A DNA stretch of 64,000 nt. Origin: Sphingomonas sp. Its GTDB lineage: Bacteria; Pseudomonadota; Alphaproteobacteria; Sphingomonadales; Sphingomonadaceae. Location: contig DATJIN010000003.1 of the NCBI GenBank assembly GCA_035493275.1, forward strand, positions 3,011 through 67,010. The letters run 5' to 3'. Of the stretch, positions 57,038-64,000 are shown piece by piece; the stretch's first letter is position 1; the number at the start of each line of letters is the position of its first letter. The notes under the pieces were generated by a model, which worked only from the letters and a program-made list of their open reading frames with translations, was not told the DNA's origin and searched no databases. The position numbers were made by a program, and so were the translations under genes.

Positions 57038-57781
57038 TTACGCCGTCAACACCGCCACCAACGCCCGCACCTTCTTCTGACGCCACTGAGGCAGCGGGGC
57101 GATGAGCCAATAGCCGTGAGTGCTGTCGCTGGTCGGGTCGGCGGCGGCGATCAAGGCGGGGACGAGCGCCTGCCCTAGCCCCGCCAGCGCCGCATCATGC
57201 GCCAACCCCGCATCCGCCACGGTCAACGTCGCTCCTTCGACTTCGGGGCCGCCACGCCACGCAATCATCGTCCCCTCGCCCACGCTGGCGAAGCCGCGCG
57301 GGCCGATCGCCAAGCCTTCATGCTCGCCCGGACCATCCGCCCAGCACACCGCCAGGTCGAGATTGGCCTCGGTGAAATCGAGCCCCTCATCGCTCGCCAG
57401 CAGCAACAGGCGCAATTCGGGATTGTCGCGGCGGTAGGCCGCAAGGCGCGGCGCAAGCCAGCGCGCGGTGAGGTCACGCGGCGCAGCGATGGTCAGCGAT
57501 TGCGACGATTGCCCCGCCTGCATCGCGCGCACCGCTTCCTCGAAATTGAGGAAGCCCTTGCGCAGCTCAACGAGCCCCGCCTCGCCCTCGGGCGTCAATT
57601 CGAGGCCCTTGGGCGTGCGGCGAAACAGCACGAGGCCAAGCGTGTCCTCGAGTGCGCGGATCTGCTGCCCGACCGCCGCGGGCGTCACCGCCAGTTCGTC
57701 CGCCGCGCGGGTGAACGACAAATGCCGCGCCGCCGCGTCGAACACGCGCAGCCCGTTGAGCGGAAGATGCGTCCGCTTCAT
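57038..57781 (-). CDS. LysR family regulator (GcvA-like), short effector domain
   Basis: LPLNGLRVFDAAARHLSFTRAADELAVTPAAVGQQIRALE. Confidence 0.9.
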   Translation of the reverse strand: MKRTHLPLNGLRVFDAAARHLSFTRAADELAVTPAAVGQQIRALEDTLGLVLFRRTPKGLELTPEGEAGLVELRKGFLNFEEAVRAMQAGQSSQSLTIAAPRDLTARWLAPRLAAYRRDNPELRLLLLASDEGLDFTEANLDLAVCWADGPGEHEGLAIGPRGFASVGEGTMIAWRGGPEVEGATLTVADAGLAHDAALAGLGQALVPALIAAADPTSDSTHGYWLIAPLPQWRQKKVRALVAVLTA

Positions 57782-57791
57782 GGCCTCACCC

Positions 57792-58190
57792 TCACTGGGC
57801 CGCCACCGGCGCAGTCAGCGCGAACTTGGGGATGGCCACCTCAAAGCTCGACCCATCTTCGGCGATCATGATGTAGGCGCCCTGCATGGAGCCGGTGGGG
57901 GTGCCGAGCGGGCAGCCCGAGACATAGTCGTAGTTTTCGCCCGGCGCGATCACCGGCTGTTCGCCGATCACGCCCTCACCCTCGATGACGTGCCGCTGCC
58001 CGCGCCCGTCGGCAATGATCCAGCGGCGGCTCATCAGCTGCACCGCCATGTCCGAACCGTTTTCGACACGAACGTGATAAGCCCAGAACCACTGGCCCTT
58101 ATCCGGCATCGACTGTTCAGGCAGGAAGCTGACCGACACGCGCACCGTCACGTCGTGCGTCGTCTCGGCATAGGGAAACAGCGCGTTCAC
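57792..58190 (-). CDS. apaG: ApaG protein
   Basis: QLMSRRWII, GEGVIGEQP, YVSGCPL, GSMQG. Confidence 0.96.
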   Translation of the reverse strand: MNALFPYAETTHDVTVRVSVSFLPEQSMPDKGQWFWAYHVRVENGSDMAVQLMSRRWIIADGRGQRHVIEGEGVIGEQPVIAPGENYDYVSGCPLGTPTGSMQGAYIMIAEDGSSFEVAIPKFALTAPVAAQ

Positions 58191-59395
58191 AGGCCGGCCG
58201 CCTTGAGCGCTTGATCCAGATCGTCAATCACATCCTGCGGGTCTTCGAGGCCGATGTTGATCCGCAGCATGCCTTCGTCGATGCCCATGTCTAGGCGCAC
58301 CTCTTCGCTGAGGCCGCTGTGCGTGGTCGATGCCGGGTGCGTCATCAAGCTGCGCGAATCGCCGATATTGTTGCTGATATCGACGAGCTCGAGTGCATCG
58401 AGGATCGCATGCGCCTGTTTGCGGCCGCCATCGACATGCAGCGCGAAAATGCAGCCGGCCATGTCCATCTGGCTCATTGCCAGGTTGTGTTGCGGATGGC
58501 TCGGCAGGCCGGGGAACAGCACGCGCGGCACGCGGCCTTCGAGGAAGCCCGCAACCTTGAGCGCATTTTCCGATTGCCGGCGGATGCGCAGGTCGAGCGT
58601 TTCCAGCCCCTTCATTACCACCCAGGCATTGAACGGCGACAGGTTAGGGCCCGTGTTCCGCTGAAACGGTAACAGCACGTCGTCGATGAACTGACGGCTG
58701 CCACACACCGCCCCCGCGAGCACGCGCCCCTGCCCGTCCATCATCTTGGTCGCGCTATAGGCCACGACATCGGCGCCAAATTCCAGCGGCCGCTGCAGCG
58801 CCGCGGTGGCGAAGGCATTGTCGACGACGCTGGTGATCCCCCGCTCCTTCGCCAGCCCGCAAACAAAGCGCAGATCGACCACGTCCATCGTCGGATTGGC
58901 CGGAGTTTCGAAGAAGAACGTCTTGGTCTCTGGCCGGATCGCATCGACCCACGCCTGATTGTCGCGCGCATCGATGATCGTTGTCGCGATGCCGAATTTG
59001 GGCAGCAGCGTGTCGGTCAGCCAGCGGCACGACCCAAACGCCGCGCGGCCCGCGACGACGTGGTCGCCGGTCTGCAACTGGCAGAGGAGTGCCGTCGTCA
59101 TCGCCGCCATGCCGCTGGCCTGGACGCGGCATGCCTCGGCGCCCTCCATCAGGGCGATGCGCTCCTCGAGCATTTCGACCGTCGGGTTCTGCAACCGCGA
59201 ATAGGTCATGCCCTGCTGCTCGCCGGCGAAACGCGCCGCCGCATCGGACGCCTTGTCGTAAGTGAACCCCGAAGAGAGGATCAGCGGCTCGCTCGTCTCG
59301 CCCCATTCACTACGCGCGGTCCCGCCGCGCACGGCCAGCGTCGCGGGACGCCAATTGCGGGTGATCGATCGGTCCTGTCCGCTGCGGCGCTTCAT
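58187..59395 (-). CDS. metZ: O-succinylhomoserine sulfhydrylase (trans-sulfuration family)
   Basis: YSRLQNPT, ETPANP, DNAF, YSATKMMDGQGR, NIGDSRS; start ATG 59395. Confidence 0.9.
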   Translation of the reverse strand: MKRRSGQDRSITRNWRPATLAVRGGTARSEWGETSEPLILSSGFTYDKASDAAARFAGEQQGMTYSRLQNPTVEMLEERIALMEGAEACRVQASGMAAMTTALLCQLQTGDHVVAGRAAFGSCRWLTDTLLPKFGIATTIIDARDNQAWVDAIRPETKTFFFETPANPTMDVVDLRFVCGLAKERGITSVVDNAFATAALQRPLEFGADVVAYSATKMMDGQGRVLAGAVCGSRQFIDDVLLPFQRNTGPNLSPFNAWVVMKGLETLDLRIRRQSENALKVAGFLEGRVPRVLFPGLPSHPQHNLAMSQMDMAGCIFALHVDGGRKQAHAILDALELVDISNNIGDSRSLMTHPASTTHSGLSEEVRLDMGIDEGMLRINIGLEDPQDVIDDLDQALKAAGL

Positions 59396-59399
59396 GCGT

Positions 59400-60002
59400 T
59401 CAGTCCCTATGGGGCAGCAGCGCGCGCCGCAACCGCTCGACGAGCCGTTCGCGCGCATCGAGCACTTGTGCGGCACGCCCGGTGAGGAGGTTGGCGCTTA
59501 GGCGCAGCTCATTTTCCTCAAGCGCCGCGAACAATCCGCGCTCCTCCTCATCCTCCTCGCCATAGCCGAGCGCCGTCAGCAGTCCGCGCTCGAAGCGGGC
59601 CAATACCCCTGCCCAAGCACGTGCGGCAGGCGAAAAGGCGATCGTCGCGATCATCGCCTCCAAGGCGTCATAGACCGACGGATAGGGCTGGCCTTCGGGA
59701 AGCGCCGTGGCGCTGAGGACCGTGATCCATTCGATGGCCGCCGCCGGCAACGGCTCAGCGAGCAACGGCGCGCGGCTCTCGATCAATTCGACGGTCAGCC
59801 CGGGCAATTGTGTGTCCACTCGCGCACGAAGTTCGGCAACCACCTTGTTCCCGGGCATCAACACCGGGCGCAGCCGCCGCGAGCGCCCGCCCCGGACGTA
59901 GCCCGCCAGCAGCCCGTCTTCACGCGTCAGCAAACGAACGATCGTGCCATTCTCGCCATGCGTTCGCACCGCGCAGACAATCGCGTCGGCCCGGATGTGC
60001 AC
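59400..60002 (-). CDS. recO: DNA repair protein RecO
   Basis: [51 protein letters not shown]. Confidence 0.92.
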   Translation of the reverse strand: MHIRADAIVCAVRTHGENGTIVRLLTREDGLLAGYVRGGRSRRLRPVLMPGNKVVAELRARVDTQLPGLTVELIESRAPLLAEPLPAAAIEWITVLSATALPEGQPYPSVYDALEAMIATIAFSPAARAWAGVLARFERGLLTALGYGEEDEEERGLFAALEENELRLSANLLTGRAAQVLDARERLVERLRRALLPHRD

Positions 60003-61943
60003 CTACTGCGCCGTCACGGCGGCATCGGCGTGGAAATGGTCGTAAACGACACGCGCCACGGCATCGCTGACGCCGGGTGCGGTCCGCAAATCCTCGAGGC
60101 TCGCTGCCTTCACGGCGCGCGCCGTGCCGAAATGCATCAGCAGCGCGCGCTTCCGCGCCGGGCCGATGCCGGGAACCTCGTCCAGGGTTGACGTCACCAG
60201 TGCCTTGGCGCGCTTCGCCCGGTGCGTGCCGATGGCGAAGCGATGCGCCTCGTCGCGCAGGCGCTGAAGGTAGAACAGCACCGGATGATTCATCGGCAGC
60301 GTGATTTCGCGGCCGTCGGGCAAATGAAAAACCTCGCGCCCGGCGTTGCGATCCGGCCCCTTCGCGACGCCGACGATGGCGACTTCCTCGACGCCCATCG
60401 TCTCGAGCACCTGCCGCACCGCCGACACCTGACCCTTGCCGCCGTCGACCAGCAGCAGGTCGGGCCACACGCCGCGTTCACGGTCCGGATCTTCCTCGAT
60501 CGCGCGAGCGAAACGCCGTTCGAGAACTTCGCGCATCATCCCGAAATCGTCGCCGGCGATCGTCTCCGGCCGCTTGATGTTGAACTTGCGATACTGCCCT
60601 TTCACGAAGCCCTCGGGACCGCCGACGATCATCGCACCGACCATGTTCGTGCCCATGATGTGGCTATTGTCGTAGACCTCGATACGCTGCGGCGGGGCAT
60701 CGAGTTCGAACAGTTCGGCGACGTCGCGCAGCAATTTGGCTTGGGTCGAGCTTTCCGCGGCGCGACGATCAAGCGCTTCCTCGGCATTGCGCTTCGCCTG
60801 TTTGACGAGTCGCACGCGATCGCCGCGCACCGGCTGCGCGATCGCTACCCTGCGCCCGGCCTTTTCGCCAAGGGCCTCCTCGATCAGCGCCTGTTCGGGC
60901 AATTCGCGGTCGGTCAGGATCGTGCGCGGCGGCGGCACTTCCTCGTAGAATTGCAGCATCGTCGCGGCGAGCACCTCATCCTCGGGCACATCGCCGGTAT
61001 GCGCCGGAAAGACCGCGCGATGCCCCCAATTCTGCCCGCCACGGATGAAGAAGGCCTGGACGCACATCACCCCAGATTTACAGGCCAGCGCGAAGATGTC
61101 CGCGTCGCCAACGCCCTCGGCGTTGATGAACTGGCTGCCCTGAATGAAGGTCAGCGCGCGGAGCCGGTCGCGCAGCATCGCCGCGCGTTCGAAGTCCATG
61201 CCTTCGGCCGCCTCGCTCATGGCATCCTGAATCTTGGTCTGAACCGACGTCGCCTTCCCGCCGAGAAAGGCCTTCGCGTCTCCCACCAGATCGGCATAAC
61301 CGTCCGCGTCGATCCGCCCGACGCACGGCGCCGAGCAGCGCTTGATTTGATACAGCAGGCACGGCCGATCGCGATTGGCGAAATAACTGTCGGTGCAGCT
61401 CCGCAGCAAAAACAGTTTTTGCAGCGCGTTGAGCGTGGTGTTGACCGACCCGGCGCTGGCGAACGGCCCGTAGTAGTCGCCTTTCGCCCGCCGCGCCCCG
61501 CGATGCTTCTGGATGCGGGGAAATTTGTGATCGGCGCGGATCAAAATGAACGGGAAGCTTTTGTCGTCGCGCAGCAGTACGTTGTAGGCGGGGCGATAGC
61601 GCTTGATCAGCTGCGCCTCGAGCAGCAGCGCCTCCGCCTCATTGTTGGTCGTCACGATGGTCATGCCGCGCGTCTGCGCGACCATTCGCTGCAAGCGTTT
61701 CGGGAGACGAGCGACCTGCGTATAGTTCGACACCCGGTTTTTCAGGGTGCGCGCCTTGCCAACATACAGGACGTCGCCACGCGCGTCGGTCATCCGATAG
61801 ACGCCGGGTTTTGCAGGCAAAGTCCGCAACACATTGCGGATCGCCGCGACGCCGGCGTCCATGTCGGGCTGGTCCGAACCGCGGACGATGAAGGTGGTCT
61901 TTTCCTCGTTAAACCGGTCGGGAGAGTTCGGCGCCTTCATCAC
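60003..61943 (-). CDS. uvrC: Excinuclease ABC subunit C
   Basis: PGVYRM, LYVGKA, RIEVYDNSH, DGGKGQ, RDEAHRFA, HhH. Confidence 0.99.
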   Translation of the reverse strand: MMKAPNSPDRFNEEKTTFIVRGSDQPDMDAGVAAIRNVLRTLPAKPGVYRMTDARGDVLYVGKARTLKNRVSNYTQVARLPKRLQRMVAQTRGMTIVTTNNEAEALLLEAQLIKRYRPAYNVLLRDDKSFPFILIRADHKFPRIQKHRGARRAKGDYYGPFASAGSVNTTLNALQKLFLLRSCTDSYFANRDRPCLLYQIKRCSAPCVGRIDADGYADLVGDAKAFLGGKATSVQTKIQDAMSEAAEGMDFERAAMLRDRLRALTFIQGSQFINAEGVGDADIFALACKSGVMCVQAFFIRGGQNWGHRAVFPAHTGDVPEDEVLAATMLQFYEEVPPPRTILTDRELPEQALIEEALGEKAGRRVAIAQPVRGDRVRLVKQAKRNAEEALDRRAAESSTQAKLLRDVAELFELDAPPQRIEVYDNSHIMGTNMVGAMIVGGPEGFVKGQYRKFNIKRPETIAGDDFGMMREVLERRFARAIEEDPDRERGVWPDLLLVDGGKGQVSAVRQVLETMGVEEVAIVGVAKGPDRNAGREVFHLPDGREITLPMNHPVLFYLQRLRDEAHRFAIGTHRAKRAKALVTSTLDEVPGIGPARKRALLMHFGTARAVKAASLEDLRTAPGVSDAVARVVYDHFHADAAVTAQ

Positions 61944-62001
61944 GGCACCACTTAGGGATTCTGGCGTTGCACCGCTACGCCGGAAGAGTCATGCTGCTGT
62001 C

Positions 62002-62688
62002 ATGAAGCCGCTTTTGATCGTCGCACTCGCGACTTTCGCCGCGCCGGCTGTGGGCGCCGCGCCCTATCGCGCGCTTGGCACCGAACCCTTCTGGTCGCTG
62101 ACCATCGATAACCACATCACTTACGATCCTGCTTCAGGACGGACGATCCGCGCGCGTACGCCCAAACCGCAAGTCGGTATTGCCGGGGAGACATATCGCA
62201 CGCCGTTCATCGCGGTCGATATCGTCCACGCCCGGTGCAGCGACGGGATGAGCGACCAAACCTATCCCGACACGGTGACGGTTCGCGTGGGCCTCCGTCA
62301 GATGAAGGGCTGCGGCGGATTGAGTAATGGTGGCCCGCGCCCCCCTATACCAGCGGCACCGGCACTGGACGGCACGCGCTGGACACCGCTGACGATCGAC
62401 AACCGCCCGCTGTTTCAGATGGCGCGGGCACGCGTCAGCTTCGATCGTGGGCGCATATCGGCCAATGTTGGCTGCAACGGCATGGGCGGTGCCTATCGCA
62501 TCGAGCGCGGTCGCCTGTTCGCGCCGAACCTGATCGGCACGCAAATGGCCTGCCCGCCTGCGGTGATGCGCCAGGACAAGGCGTTTGCCGACCTGCTCGC
62601 GCAAGGCGCCGAAATCCGCTTGATGTCCGGTGAGAAGCTGGAACTCGTCGGCCGGCGCCACCGCGCAATGCTGAGCAGGGCGCGCTAG
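62002..62688 (+). CDS. Exported protein: GTEPFW-type N-domain plus META/HslJ domain
   Basis: ALGTEPFWSL...CSDGMSDQTYP; GCNGMGGAY...TQMAC. Confidence 0.82.
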   Translation: MKPLLIVALATFAAPAVGAAPYRALGTEPFWSLTIDNHITYDPASGRTIRARTPKPQVGIAGETYRTPFIAVDIVHARCSDGMSDQTYPDTVTVRVGLRQMKGCGGLSNGGPRPPIPAAPALDGTRWTPLTIDNRPLFQMARARVSFDRGRISANVGCNGMGGAYRIERGRLFAPNLIGTQMACPPAVMRQDKAFADLLAQGAEIRLMSGEKLELVGRRHRAMLSRAR

Positions 62689-64000
62689 GCGGCGCTTTCG
62701 TCGCTGACCAGCTTGACCACCGGCCGCGCGGTCGTCTCGACGATCGGCAAGGGTTCAATCGCCTTGCCGCCGGTTTCGATCTGCAGCGTTTCGAAGCGCT
62801 TGGCCTGCGTCAGCACCTGGCTTTCGAGGCTGCCGACGAATGCATTGTACGCCGACATCGCGGTATCAAGGTTGCGCCCGAGGCGGCCGACATGCCCTCC
62901 CATCACGGACAGGCGCTGATACAATTCCTTGCCCAGTTCGGCGATTTCGCGCGCCTGCCCCGCCAGCTTCTCCTGCCGCCAGACGGTGGCGACGGTCTTG
63001 GCGATGGCGACAAGGTTGGTCGGCGTCGCCAGCAATACTTTGCGGGCAAAGGCATAGTCCCACATCGACGGATCGTGTTCGAGCGCGGCGGCGAGGAAAT
63101 GCTCACCCGGGACGAACATCACCACGAAATCGGGCGTGTCCTCGAATTGGTCCTGATAACTTTTGCTGCCCAGCGAATTGATGTGATTGCGCATCGAGGT
63201 CACATGCGCCGCGAGGTGCGCGGCGCGCTCAGTCTCCTCCACCGCCCCGAACGCATCCTGATAGGCATTGAGCGACACCTTCGCATCGATCACCAGTGAG
63301 CGTCCGCCGGGGATCCGTACGACGGCGTCCGGGCGCAGGCGGCCGCCCTCCGCGTCAACCGACACTTCCATGCGGAAATCGGTATGCTCGGCGAGCCCGC
63401 AGCTTTCGAGCACGTTGCGGAGCTGCTGCTCGCCCCAGCGCCCACGGGCCTTCGGGGCATTACGCAGCGCGTTGACGAGGTTGGCCGCCTGGCTCGACAC
63501 GCGTCCGGCATCCTCGCGCATCGCGCTGATCTGGCCCGACAGCAGCCCGAACGCCTCGCGCCGCTCGGCCTCAATCTTGCCGACCGCGCTCTCATATTTT
63601 TCGAGGCGTGCGTGGACCGGTTGCAACAGGTTTTTCAACTGCTTGCCCGACGTTTCTTCCGATTGGCGGAAACGTTCATCGGCGCGTTGGAGAAACTTTG
63701 CCTGCGCTTCGTCGAGCGTCACCTGCGCGACTTGCTTGAACTGCTCATGGAGTTGCTCACGCTCGCGCGCCTGCGCCGCCGCTTGCTCCTCGCTGCGCGC
63801 CGTCAGCTCGGCAAGCCGCGACCGCAACGCGCTGCATTCGCTGACCGCGCCGTCGCGCTCGGCCTCCAGCGACTGGCGCAGGCCGCGCAGCATTTCGCCC
63901 TGCGCGAGGCTCGCGGCATGATCGGCCTTGAGCGCCGCCGCCCCGCGTCCGCCGAGCAGCCAGCCCAGCGCCAGACCCACGGCCAAGGCGACGATGCCGA
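62685..64000 (-). CDS. rmuC: DNA recombination protein RmuC (5' end outside the window)
   Basis: RGRWGEQQL, LRPDAVVRIPG, IDAKV, FVVMFVPGE, LATPTNL. Confidence 0.95.
   Translation of the reverse strand, partial: GIVALAVGLALGWLLGGRGAAALKADHAASLAQGEMLRGLRQSLEAERDGAVSECSALRSRLAELTARSEEQAAAQAREREQLHEQFKQVAQVTLDEAQAKFLQRADERFRQSEETSGKQLKNLLQPVHARLEKYESAVGKIEAERREAFGLLSGQISAMREDAGRVSSQAANLVNALRNAPKARGRWGEQQLRNVLESCGLAEHTDFRMEVSVDAEGGRLRPDAVVRIPGGRSLVIDAKVSLNAYQDAFGAVEETERAAHLAAHVTSMRNHINSLGSKSYQDQFEDTPDFVVMFVPGEHFLAAALEHDPSMWDYAFARKVLLATPTNLVAIAKTVATVWRQEKLAGQAREIAELGKELYQRLSVMGGHVGRLGRNLDTAMSAYNAFVGSLESQVLTQAKRFETLQIETGGKAIEPLPIVETTARPVVKLVSDESAA

Noticed and set aside
59400-60002. Short RecO lacking the zinc-finger region as a pseudogene
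   Set aside because: Intact frame tightly packed between uvrC and metZ; short RecO forms are plausible in this group
60222-61955. 577-aa ORF antisense to uvrC, and similar long ORFs opposite ychF, rplY, ald, parE and clpX
   Set aside because: Shadow frames produced by high-GC codon bias; no motifs, and each lies over a clear gene
1-64000. CRISPR arrays, IS elements, prophage, rRNA, reverse transcriptase or other defence genes
   Set aside because: None seen; nearly all sequence is accounted for by core genes and short spacers

Overview
64 kb of GC-rich alphaproteobacterial core chromosome; gene content and order point to Sphingomonadaceae (inference). It holds about 75 CDS and 2 tRNAs (Leu-TAG, Gly-TCC). 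Main blocks: chpT-cheAWYB, clpPX/tig, tonB-exbB-3x exbD, folM/folB, cca, glpX, rcdA, dksA, rplY-pth-MFS-ychF, ald, kup, lipA/lipB, ispDF, dusB-ntrBC, petABC, hemF, queCE, hslO, argDF, gcrA, parE, metZ, recO, uvrC, rmuC. I found no integrase, transposase, phage gene, CRISPR array or defence system, so I cannot point to a large novel system. The best leads are regulatory: (1) an NtrC whose sigma54-contacting GAFTGA loop reads GGGFATA while the ATPase motifs, HTH and an NtrC box over dusB are intact; (2) a three-hairpin SuhB/MmgR-like RNA ending just upstream of queC; (3) a LexA box overlapping an EcfG-like promoter at a DUF3072 gene; (4) two intergenic elements made of an inverted repeat around a 9-10 bp tandem repeat, one collapsing to CIRCE spacing; (5) a duplicated, separately transcribed third exbD; (6) CtrA boxes at cheA, dksA and an orphan methyltransferase. 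All product calls come from motif recognition by eye; no database search was run.
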